A stretch of 64,000 nucleotides of DNA from positions 2,227,648-2,291,647 of the forward strand of contig SMSO01000014.1 in the NCBI GenBank assembly GCA_004764695.1, read 5' to 3'. A program made the position numbers and the translations under genes. Positions 33,799 to 45,750 of this stretch are shown here, piece by piece. The notes below the pieces were generated by a model that was not told the DNA's origin, did not search any database, and saw only the letters and a program-made list of their open reading frames with translations. The stretch's first letter is position 1, and each line of letters starts with the position of its first letter. The DNA comes from Schizochytrium sp. TIO01. Lineage: Eukaryota; Protista; Bigyra: Labyrinthulomycetes.

Positions 33799-35842
33799 GA
33801 TGGCTTTTGCTGGTCCTCAACTTTATATTGTATCGCAGTTTCCACAACTCTCAATGACTAGGACGACAAAAAGAGGAAAAAAGAGAACAGCCTTTCTTAT
33901 TCTTTCTTTCCTTCTTTCTCCACCAAAACAAAACGCAGCTGGACAAAGAACACAGAGAACACAAAGAGAACGCCCTTGGCTGCTCTTGTTTAAAAGAGAG
34001 ACAATGAGAGGGCTCTGCACTCTATGGAATATGTGATGGAGGCCTGCGAGGCTGCGGCCTTTGCTTGCGTTCTCCGCTCCTCGGGCCTGCTGCGTTGGCT
34101 TCTGGCGCTAGCTGTGTCGCTACACAGTGCTGCTGCTCCTCCGCAGAGCTCAAGGGCCTAGGAGCGCGTCCAAGTTAGGCACCTCCGGAGTGGCTTTGGC
34201 TGCGGCTGCCGCCGCTCCGGGGATCCGATGAAATGAGTAGAGATGGGTCGACCGAGCAGGACGGCGAGTGGGGAAAAGGAAGCTGGTTTGAAGCGATAAG
34301 TACCAGCCTGCCGGTCTCGCTGAGTGAGCTCGCGCTCGAAGCGCCAGGACGAAGGCAGCGCGGGTCGCAGGCGCGGAGGCGAGCGGGTCTGCCGCAGCTG
34401 CTATTTCTGATTTAAAAAAGAAAGAAAGAAAGTAAGTAAGTAGGTAAGAAAGTAAGTAAGTAAGTAAGTAACCATTCTACTCTCCTTCTATTGATTTGTT
34501 ACTTATAGTTTTTGTTATTGTTTTTAATTAATACTAAAATACACTAAAATAAAATAGAATAGGAAAGTTTTTTTGTTTGTTTTTTAATATTTTCTTTCTG
34601 CTGCTGTTAGAGAAATGATTTTTTTTCAAGTTGCTTCCTGCCTAGAGTACTACGTAAGCAACCTACAATACAATTAGTCGAAGCAAAATATTTATTTATT
34701 GATTGAATTATTTCACTATTTCACTATTTATTTTCATTTTCAAAATGAAAAACTAATAAAGTGCAGAGATAAAGTTAAACACAGAAAAAAGAAACTCGGA
34801 TAGATGGGAACACCGGCGTGAAGTTAGAGTCCTTCGAGGATCTTCGCGATAGTCCTCAGCGCAGATCGGCGTATAAATCTCCGTGTCCTGAAGAAGGCAT
34901 CCGCCAAGCAAGCTAGAGCAAACCGCCTTTATCCACGCCGGCCAGCATCGACACCGAGGACGGGTCGAGAGAAGTTTCCTCATTGCAAAGTGACGTCATT
35001 CTCTGTAAGATGGCCGCCGGTCGCATAGGCGTCCGCTACCCATGCCTAGGGCCAGGGACTCATAGTACCTGGTAGTTAGTAACTAACTAACCAAGATGAT
35101 GGTGCTCTAAAAAGTAAGTAAGGATTAGGAAGAAGCTCTTACTGGCTACTGCTACTGCTGCCGTAGAGGCTCATAGAGCAGCTTTACTAGCGAGTCCTAG
35201 GACCGCACTTGTGACTGTTCTGTTCTCTCACACGCACACAGAAAAGCGATGGCAACAGCAGCTTGTCTCTATTATGCTTACTGAGCTTCGAAGTGAGCGA
35301 GAGCTTGCGTTCTCAGGTCTCGCTTCGTAGAACAACCTTCTGAACAAGCACTCCCTCCAGCAGGCGGCAGGTCACCTCGACCTCTTGAAACCCGCCCTGC
35401 CTTGAAGCCTGGCTTGGAACAAATAGAAACAAGCAAACAAAGAAACAAATAAACAAGCAAACAAATAGAAACAGCAAACAAATAAACAAGCAAACGAAGA
35501 TGTTCTTTTGGCCAGCAGAGGAAAGCAAAGTGTGAGACGGAAAGCAAAGCAGAGCTTAAAGTACGCTTGTTTTTCACGCCTGCTGTCGATAAAAGAGAGA
35601 AGAAGTTTTCAAGAAGTTAATCAATGCTTTGTTGTGGTTGTTCTTGTGAGGTTTTTCAGGTTAGGACCGCCCCTACTGCGTCTAGCATTGGTTTTCTTTT
35701 GGGTAGAGAAGCACTCACGACATGGAAGAAAGACCTCGCCGTAGCACTGACAGCGGCAGGAGCTAGCACCCAGCTACGGAGAGCGCTAGCAGATGTCTTT
35801 TGAAAAAACAAGAGCACCCGCGAAGCTGATGTTGTGGCAGCG

Positions 35843-35927
35843 CATACATACATACATACATACATACATACATACATACATACATACATACATACATACA
35901 TACATACATACATACATACATACATAC
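35843..35927. repeat. (CATA)n microsatellite, ~21 units
   Basis: Perfect tandem repeat, read directly. Confidence 0.98.
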
Positions 35928-37245
35928 CTAGGTACTACGTTGGGAAAAGGCCAGAACTAACTTTTAATTCTGCAGGTACCTTTGATGCATGCATGCGTGC
36001 ATTGCTTGCTTTTGCGATGGCGTTTGCAGGTTTTGCGTTACGTGGACACACGAGAAACCCAAGCGCGACAGTGATAAGCATCCGCTTCACAGCCGCACGG
36101 CTCTCCCTACAAAGGCATACTGACTGCACGTGCCGATGCGAATGAGATATCTTATCTTCGTCTTCGTTGGAATCTCGTTTCTGATGAATGCGTGCTGATC
36201 AAGCTTACACATTCGCCGACGGTTTGGCTTAATTCGCGGCGCTCATTCAGCTTATGAGAACCCGACTCGAGCTTTGACTCGATACTTTCTGCCCAAGCCC
36301 TGCTTCACCACGAGTCGATTGTGTTTATTTGTCTTCCTTCCGCTGTGTTGAAATTCGTCAAGCGGCGCCCAGCTTGATTTCCCGTTATGATCTCACCAAT
36401 GGCATTTGCACCTACGAGCTGCAAATTTGCATATACTACAATCGCTCTGGAATCGAAGAGCTCTGGCGCACTGGCCGTCGCTGCTCTTCAGATCGTGCCC
36501 ATAATACATGCTCCGCTCGCTTGCCTTCATCCAGGTGTATATCATCATCAGCAAGGCACGCCTCCGCCAACTCCAGCGCACCGCTTGGGCCCTCCAACGT
36601 GAGCGTCGCTCGCGATCGCAGACTTATTTCCTTTCTGACATCAGACGATTATGCGCTGTCAATGTCGTTCTCATTTCCACTGTCCAAGCTATTATACCTT
36701 TTCTTTTCTTTCCTTTTCTTTAAAAAATATAATTTTGAACAGAGGCTCTACTTAGAAGACTTTTATTTATCTTTTATTTATTTATTTAATTTTTATTTTC
36801 CAATGAGAGGGGGGAAAGATCGAATAAAGCCAACTTTTGTGAGAGAAGATTTGGATGCTCCATTGGTCTCCGCTCCAATAGTAATCAGAGTGAACTTCTA
36901 CATCCGACAGACAGGCACGTGTCCCAGACTCCCCGAGGACCCCTCTTATCCGCGAGCACCTAGGCTTTCTCACCTACAAGCCCGAGACATCCTGGTGTAC
37001 CCTGTGACTCCTGCACAACTGTGGCCTTTTCTGCTGGTCTCAAATTGACTCGCCATCATAAAACATGGACACGGCCAAAAAATCGGCGACTTTTTGCCCT
37101 TTTCGCCCTCTCTTTCCACGAGGAGGCTGCTGCTCGTCGGAGAGTAGGCCTCCCTGGGCGCCCGAAGGTGGCCTCGAAAAGCCGATTTCCGAGCGAGCTG
37201 AAGCGCCGCAGTGACGGAGGCTCGCGCTCGAAACTTGCCGCTCTT

Positions 37246-37333
37246 ATTTGTTTGTTTGTTTGTTTGTTTGTTTGTTTGTTTGTTTTGTTTATTTGTTTTG
37301 TTTATTTGTTTGTTTGTTTGTTTTGTTTTGTTT
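37246..37333. repeat. Imperfect (GTTT)n microsatellite
   Basis: Read directly. A related (AAAC)n-type tract in the opposite orientation lies at ~35418-35495. Confidence 0.9.
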
Positions 37334-39166
37334 CTTCCTGTTCCCAGTCATCCCAAGAGCTCCGCCAAAGGATTTTTAGTTCTTGGAGGATCACGTGGTA
37401 GCGATACGAAAGCGGCTAGAGTATCGCCTAGCAATCCTGTTAGCTGGAGGCAGGGTCGTGGCAGCGCTGGCTAAGAGATTGATAGTCCCCGTAGGAGCTT
37501 TGGGGAGAAACAAATTGCCTTGTGAAGTGCACGTGGCAAGGGTGTTGGTTCAATGCATGTCAACACGAAGGTTAGTTAGGCGTAGTATGTGCATCTGAAG
37601 GATGTGTTTATTTCTTTTACTTTTTATTTCTTTTCTTTTTTTTTCCTTTTCTTTTAAACAAGAATGAAGGAAGCGGCTTTCGCACTCTTTTAGCTCCTTT
37701 TGATGTGTTCTTTAGCTCATGTTCGAAAGTTTTCTTTTCTTTTCTTTTCTTTTTTGTAAAGGGAGGAAAAGGAGAACTGCCTACTAGATGGAAGGAACTG
37801 CACAATATAAAAGTTGAGGCTGCGGCTGCGCAGCGATCGAGCGATTTATGTAGAGATCAATATATATTGAACTCCGTTTTGGCTTTGGCGAGGTACCGTG
37901 CCGGTTTAATCACAGCAATCCTCAAGTATCCAATGAAAAGCCAAAACCGACATCTTTCTTCAACAGAACGAAACAAACAAAGATGCTTTCTTTCAAAAAG
38001 GTTTACTTTTTTAAAAAATACGATTTAACTTTTACATTTTCATCTAATTCATCTTTTAAAAAACTCACACTCCATAAATCATACATCAATGAAACACTTT
38101 TTCCAACTTGTAGAAGGTCCAATCTTTTCTCTTTTCCTTTCTTTTCCTTTCTTTTCCTTTCCTTTCTTTTCTCCCTATATTTCTCCAAGCAGGCAAAACA
38201 CCTGCAAATAAATACTGGGCACTGATGGCCTCTCAAACTGCCGCAGCTTTCTCATCGAGGCCGGCCGAGTCTCCGCTCTCCGCTCTCCCCGCGTCTCCCC
38301 TGTTCTGGCCAGCTGGACAAGGGAAGGGGATGATCCCTCCTCCTTTTTCTCACCAAACGTCGGCATCCTTGAAAGACAGCGGAGAGGGATTATGAGATCA
38401 GCCAAAGGTGTGTGCCTCGGGCGCTTCTCGGACACCGGCCCGTAAGCTATCTCTCTCTCTACAGATTTGCGCGCCACCGCCCGCCGCCCCGCCTCCTAGC
38501 CGCCCCCCTCGCTCCATGTTATTCTCGCTCGCGAGGGGGATACTTGTATCAAAGGGTTAAGAGCACGATTGGCGCTGTAGGACTCTGCTACGGCGCGCCG
38601 TAGAAGTCCCACACGAAGCAAGATCGCTCACTCGATCAAGCCCGAAGGCCTAGCGCGGAGTAGTGAAGTCCTAGCAGCCACCTAGCTACTGTGGAACACC
38701 AGGAAGAACAGAGAACAAGAACAAAGAAGGAGAACGTCAAATCACTGGAAATTGGGCAGATCCGAGGATGAGCCTGAGGCCGCTCGTGCCCATGGGGACC
38801 GCTGCAGCTGCGTGGCACTGGACCTGCCTCGGGCAACGGCAGAGCGGTTGCGCTGGCTGGCTGGCTGACTTCGTTGGGTGTATGCAAGCGAACCCTCGTG
38901 GAAGAATGAGCGCAGTTCAACTATCTATCTATTCATCTAACTAACTAATTGACTGACCAGCTGACTAACAAAATCGCTCATGATTTTTGCACGAGGTAAT
39001 GGGTAGGTTGGCTGCTACCTACTACTGTAGGCATGCATGCACTCCCTAGCAGGCGCATAGGTCTCGGCTAGGAGGGCCTCTGCTGTGGCGAGCAACGCTT
39101 TCTGGATCGCTTCGCGAGAAAGAAGGCACATCCGTCGGGAACTCCAGATTGAACTTGAACTCTAAC

Positions 39167-39237
39167 TCTCGAAGTCTCGAAGTCTCGAAGTCTCGAAATT
39201 GAAATCGAAATCGAAATCGAAATCGAAATCGAAATCG
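39167..39237. repeat. Compound microsatellite: (TCTCGAAG)n then (GAAATC)n
   Basis: Read directly. A (TGCGTTCC)n array follows at ~39360-39390. Confidence 0.9.
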
Positions 39238-42200
39238 AGCTCGAACTTGGTCGGGCAGGATCGAGAGCACGGCGGCACCCAGAGGATCGAGTTCGACATC
39301 ACGATGCATTCGATCCCTCCACAACGACGCAGCCCCAGATTGGAGCTTGAGGGCTCTGGTTCTGCGTTCCTGCGTTCCTGCGTTCCTGCGTGTGCGGGAG
39401 GGACCTCGCCCGAGGCAGCCTCGAGACGAGGCGAGACGAGGAAGGAGGGCGTGAGTGCTCCTGGGCAGGTGGAGATGCAGACAACAGACAACAAACAACA
39501 GTTAGACACTCAGAGAGGGACTCAACCTCGAGGAGGCTGGTCAACGCCGAGGCCGAAGCACACGCCGATCGGGATGAAGTCCCAAGCTCACGAGGCGCGT
39601 GCTCGAACGGGCTTTCTTAGAGCTCGCCGCGAGGCCTATCCATGATTAGAGCAGGTCCTTGCGCGGTTTGATTCGGGGAGCCCATCGCGCAGCAGCGGCG
39701 GCTGCAGCGAGGGCTGGCGCGGAGGGAGCCGCCGCATGGAGGAAGGCGCCGGCCAGGGCTCCCTCGCGATGGTTGACATCCGCGTGAAGCCGCTTGCACG
39801 GTCGGCGACGAGTGATGGAGGCGGCGAAGATCGATCGCTCTGCATGAGCAGCTCGGCAGAGGTCCACGAAGACGCAGAGAACTGCTTCGACACGGGGCCG
39901 AGCAAGGCGCTCCTGCCCTCAGAGCAGCAGGCTTCAGCCGATCGCGAGTGGGAACCCAACGAAACAGCGCGAAGATGGTCGCAGCGCTCTTACCGGTTCG
40001 GGAGTGGGCGTCGGTGTCGAGCTCCGGCGTGCTGCCATCCTCCGGCCTGCCTGCCTTGCGTCTACGAGTGCAGCATCCAGGTCGACGATCTGCGGCAGCG
40101 CGACACCGGCAGCGTGGGCGCCACCGTTCACGAGCTGGTTGCGGGTAGGCTCGAGTCCAGGCTTCTGGAGGAGCACTTGGCGAGGAGCGTCGCCGCGCCG
40201 AGCGCCTTGAAGAGCGGGCGCTCTCAGAACTAACTTGGCGAACTTGGCACATGCGCAGCAAACGCCCACAGAATGAACCGGCGGACCCCAGCTTTGCGGA
40301 GGGAAGCTGCAGACTCTCATCTGCGACACTACGCGTTCAGTGCCGGGGCAACTGTTGTCAGGCGGCGCCGCGCAGCGCACTCGTCGCACTGATCTGTGAA
40401 AACCGCGCGGAATTGGGCAGGCAGTGAGTGCATCTGAAGTGTTGCTCCTTCGACCCCTTGTTTTTCTGATGTCACTACCGCGTGTATTGGTAAAAAGTGG
40501 ACACGTTGCTTTCGTTTCGTTTCCTTCCCTTTCTGAGGCGTATCGGTATCGTTTACCCACGCAGTGGGCGCTGCGAAGAAAACCGCCACGGGGGCTCCTG
40601 CAGGACGAGAGAGAGCTGCGGAGTCACTGTTTTTGCAAAGCAAGTTGCCGTAGAGCTGTTTGCAAATGCAAAATAAGTTGTGTCTCTAATCTGTAGAAAA
40701 GCTTTTTTTTTTCTTTTTTTTTTTTAATAAATTAATAATAAATTAATAATAAATTAAACACATAAATAAATGTTCCTTTGTTTGTTTTAAAAAGTTAAAA
40801 ATGTTTTTAATTGTTTTTAATTTAAAATATATGATATATGATGAGGAAGCCTCTAATTTCACATTCGAGGTGTTAGATAAAATAGTATAAAAGGTCGGAC
40901 CCAGGTGATCTACACTTTCCTCATAACCAAATTAAAGAAAGAAAGACTTTGCCTTCTGCGAGATTTTTAGACTGGAATCCATGATATTGGTGAATAGCAG
41001 CTACTGGAATAGTAAATCAATGTATCCATAGGTTACGAAAGGTGATTGATATTCTGTGCTACGTTTCAACATTGCCTTTGCATAAAGAAATTAAATTGTT
41101 GCTGGGCTAATTTTTTCAACAATTTGATCATGTGGATGGATGTTAAAAAAGCAGATTATGAGTGAACATGTAGGCTGTTAGATAAGTCCATTTTTTTGTA
41201 CTACTGGTGATGCAAAATGCATTAGAAGGATAATCCTTACTTTTTCTTCAAGAGCCAAAACCAGTGCTTTCCATTACCGGCCTGTTTTAACATGCTCAGA
41301 TGTTGCTTGAATATGGGACCATAAATACAAAAGTTGACATAGTACTTATCGACCAGTGACAATTTCCCTGGTACCATCGAGACCAGTGCTGAAACAAAAT
41401 ACGTGTTTGGCATAAAGATTGTGCTCGCAAACATATGTCAGCATCTCTTGCTGTATATTTGGTGGGGCGTATTGATTAAAACGATGATTGGGGTATTTTT
41501 CTGGAATCACTTGAGACTTCAATTCTAAAACCCTCCAAATAGTTCCTCCAGTTTTGACCATGCTGCTTTCGCAAAGCTTGTATTCATCATAACCCACATG
41601 CTTTTAAAACTACACATTGTAGAATAAACTCCTTACTTGTCAAGACTAAAGGATAGAAGGATCTATCTGTCACATCACTGCTAAGCAGTGACTTGAAGGG
41701 CAAAGACAACGCCTGTCTTGAACAAATAATATGCGAGATTTGACATGGTAGCGTAGCCCGGGTCTAGCATCAGTGTCGCATATTGGGGTGCCAAACTTCG
41801 TCTGTTAGAAATCAAAATAATCTATTTCGCCAAGGTCTTCGAAGAATCATGGTGACAAGTAATCATTAAACCCAAAAAATTTCACCACGTAAATTTAATC
41901 GGATAAAACCTTAGCACAGAAAAGCCTCATATTGTCAAAGTTCTCAATCTTAACAGCCATTATGTGATACTTTTAGAACTGTAAACAAGTTTCCAAGGAA
42001 GACTCGACCTGGCTCGCTCACAACACTGATGTGGGGGCTCCACTAGGAGGGAGAAAATATCCCACTGGACAGCCAGGCCACTCAGCCACATGATACTTGA
42101 CTTTATAGAAATACAACAGTCTAATGACAATGTCGAAGGTCACGATGATGGACAAATCAAGTCCCTATCTAGTGATTTCTGTCAGCAACCCAAAATTGCA

Positions 42201-44109
42201 TATTTCAGAGGTATTGTGGGACAGGGTTTTGCAGACCCGCGTTTCACATTGTATAATCTGCGTTTCACAGATATCACAATCCGAACGAGTAGTTCAATCG
42301 CGCATCTTATGCACATTACCATAGTAGTCTGTCAATCACATCATAATACCTAGCAGTGCAATTCCACCCACTACCCCCCAGAAGAGAGGCATTGTCATAT
42401 AATGGATAAAAACATTTTTCGTGGTACTAGGCAACTTTCTGCGTCTCGTCGTGCATGATTCTGACAAGTTTGGGCACAGGCGCGTGAAATACGCTGGCAC
42501 CAAAATCATTTCACCTCATTTAATCGCCTGACGAAGAACCTCTGTTCTGTTCTTTTAGCTCCTCTCCAAATATTTCGAGCTGCTCTAGCTCTAGAGAATT
42601 TTCATCGGTTTCTTTTGTTGATTCCTTCTTTCTATTTTTAAAACAATTTTAGAAATTAAAAATAGATATGTATCTATAGAAAAAGAGCCTGGGGCCTCCT
42701 CCGTGCGATGTGCCAGCGACATGGCGGACAGACACAAAGATTTGTCCCAGAAAAGATACCAAGAGAATCCTGGCGTTTCAAAGAAACTATTTGCTAGCGC
42801 CAAATAGACCCTGGCCCAGCAGACGAGCTAGAAGGCTCTCGGCCGTACGATTATTGGATACTGGTATCCTGCGGGATGCCTGTCCAATATCTTGCGGCTT
42901 CGTTGCGACAACGCGAGGTCCAACTGCGGTCTCTGCGCAGGATACTGTTGTTTCATGCAGTATCTTGAACACATTTCTCCTTCTCGCCAGACTAGAAAGT
43001 GAATGAATAAGTAAAAGTATCATGTTGGCGTGAACTCAGGGGTGAACTTGAACATTACGATGGAGAACTTGAGCAAGCACAAGCTGAGCCTCTGGATTGA
43101 GAGGTTCCACAACACAGCACAGAGAGAGCTCTCTACTACACGAAGTATGCGATTCTGAAACAGCCGGCAGCTCAAAACCCAACTTGGTAGCACCGTGGAC
43201 ATCAAGCACGCTGTCGAGCCTACCGACCAAATGCAGGAAAACGAGGCGAGCCCCCCTGCGAGCAGCTTTCTCGAGGGCTCTCCGCGCCTTGCCTCGCCTG
43301 CAACTCGCCTGCAACTAGCAAGCAACGGCAGCTGAGTCAGCAGCGTCGCCGTCTGCTGCAGCGCCAAAGCACCGCTGTGCCAAATGCCAGAAGCACGGAC
43401 AGTTGAACCGCTTGCCTCGTTTCGGTACCTGATTCGACGCGCTTTCCTGCTCTGGCGAAAGACAGTCTATGCGCATGTGGGACATACAGAGGACGCGCTC
43501 ATATCGCGCCGAACCGCCTCCGCGAGACTCGAGCTTGTGCGCTTGGCGTTCAGTTTTTTGCGGCGACGCGGAGGCGACTCGAAGAGCTGTCTATCTCTGC
43601 CGTCAGGTGCACGGCTGGTAGCACCGGCGTTGAATGGATGCACGGCAGAGAAGCGCGCTCGCTGCCCGTCGACCTGGAGCTTTGAAGGCATTTGGGGAAC
43701 GTGCCGAGATGTTTGAGGGAGTGCAAGTCAACGCTAAAGTCGCAGCACACGAGGCCTTACGAAGATGAAGATGCCTAGGTATCTCCCGCAAAGCGTGCCT
43801 CGAGGATACTTCGAGCAGGTCGGGTAGAACTGGGCGAAAGACGGGCTCAAGTTTGCGCTACACAATGGCGTCATGTCGGCACGAGCTGCGGCAGTTGGTG
43901 GCTCTGCCCAGGAGACGGGCGCCCTTGTTAGGAATTGCAGCCAAGATTGGTCCCGACGTCCCGGCTTTCTCGTGTTAGCGATCTGTGCATGACCTAGCCC
44001 CCCGACCTTGGTTTTCTCGGTCTGAAACCAGCCCCGCTGGTGAACAGGAAGATTATTACAAAGGGCAATTGAGAGGTTCACGAAAATAGATCCGACCTGA
44101 GCACCGTTT

Positions 44110-45750
44110 TGACAACTTCACTGTGTGCGAGTGCTCTTGATGAAGGAATGGGCACGATGTGATTGTAGTGCACCCAAGATTTTGAACATGACTGCAAGCA
44201 TGTGTGCTATTTCGATTGGTATACCAAGAACAATATCTTTACAGCCAACTTGTAAAGGCAGCCAATGCTACAAGTTTACTAGTGTATACATGAGCTCAGT
44301 TCTAAATATTAATAATAAAGAAACTTTGTTGAAAAAAAAGGATACTTCAGATTCGTCTCCTGTGCAAAGAGAGGTACAGAGGCTACCAGAAGTGAAGAGC
44401 TTTCTTAGACTTAGACTGAGATATCGCCTTTTACCTGCATCGAAAGCTGAGTTTTCATTTAGCCGTGATGAACCTATGATGCATTACTTCTCAAAACGAC
44501 TTGCTAGACTCGTAATTATGAGCCGAATTTACAGGAAGCATATCGAGCAAAAACAATTGACATTATTTTAGAAATGTACAGAGCTGTAGTCTTGTTCATA
44601 TTCATGCGTCGGATTTAGCTTTTTGTTGCACTTTAAGCTGGAGGCGATATTGGTTTGCTTCAAGATATCGAACGACAAACCTATCAACTTGGTGGTTGGC
44701 AAATGGAGATGCAGTTAATAGGTATAGGTGAAATGTTAGGGACAGCGAAGAATGAATACAGCTACGTTTTAATAAACAAAGCATCATGAATTCACTCATG
44801 ATACACTGAGGTTAAAGCTCTAGCATGTTTCTAACCATGGGTACTCTCTGAAACCTGGAGACTTTCTGAGAAATGAATCGCATTTCTGACTTAGTGGGTT
44901 GGAAACCATCAGGTGTAATAACAATAGCTTTCCTGTTACTTGCATATACCAGGAGTCTCATATTGGAGCTTTTTTAACTCTAGCAGTGTTAGGTTTACTT
45001 ACTTCTTCAATTGTCGATTTCAGCATAACGTCGTGCGAGCAATCAACAAATTCAAGAAGAAAAATAGTATTTTGTCTACCATTATGCTTTTTTCAGATAT
45101 CAAGCGATCTAGATTCGAATGCTCAGAAGTGATACTATAGACACCTGCATGTCTGTGAAGTGTTGTAGATTCATGGCTGTCAACTCCTAGATACACAAAG
45201 TAATGCTTCTGCGTAAGTATTTCATCAATTAAAGCAGCTAGGATCCCAATAGAATTATTAAAAGTCAACCTCTAAGCCATGCACTCAAGCCTCTTGTACA
45301 TATTTGGTCTACCATCACCTAGCCTGTCTTGGTGATACAAATAGCCACGAAGCATTATTTAGACAATCTTTCGCAAACCTTAATATGGTTCACATAAGCC
45401 TTGAACCACGGGTAATCCTTGACGCAATAACAATACACTCATAAATGGAACTTATTAGAACCAAGACTTTAGCATCACCGGCCAGTATGTTGCAGCCAAA
45501 GAAATCATAAAAAGGTTTTTACAGAAATGCTTTCTAGGCCAAATATTTAACAACTGCTATAATAGAAAGCTGATTATGAACTACAGTTTATAAAGTAATT
45601 TGAGGCATAAAAACTAGCACCTTAAGCTTAACCTGGCTAAGAATTTGACTGACTATATCTTAGCACATTCTTATTCTCTGTGAGCCATCATACGTGCTAA
45701 GCTCTTCTAAAAGAGGATGACTGACGTAAATAATACTGTTTCATTTGAAT
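44110..45750 (-). pseudogene. Possible decayed P-loop NTPase plus PD-(D/E)xK nuclease gene (Crinkler/CR-type)
   Basis: Colinear motif-like fragments interrupted by stops and frameshifts: LSIIAVV, IMLRGYLY, HYFVYLGVD, KHARAL, SLSLRKLF, PLQVGCKDIVL...LAVMFK. Pattern recognition only. Confidence 0.3.

Noticed and set aside
9339-35079. Identical 14-mer TACCTGGTAGTTAG at 9339 and 35066, upstream of two minus-strand genes
   Set aside because: Several chance 14-mer matches are expected in 64 kb, especially in low-complexity TAG-rich DNA.
36329-37048. 239-aa plus-strand ORF
   Set aside because: Non-ATG start, crosses T-rich low-complexity tracts, and has no domain signal.
42090-42353. FRGIVGQGF resembling the pepsin-family GILGLGF motif
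   Set aside because: No catalytic DTG/DSG motif in the flanking frames I translated; a single short motif is not enough.
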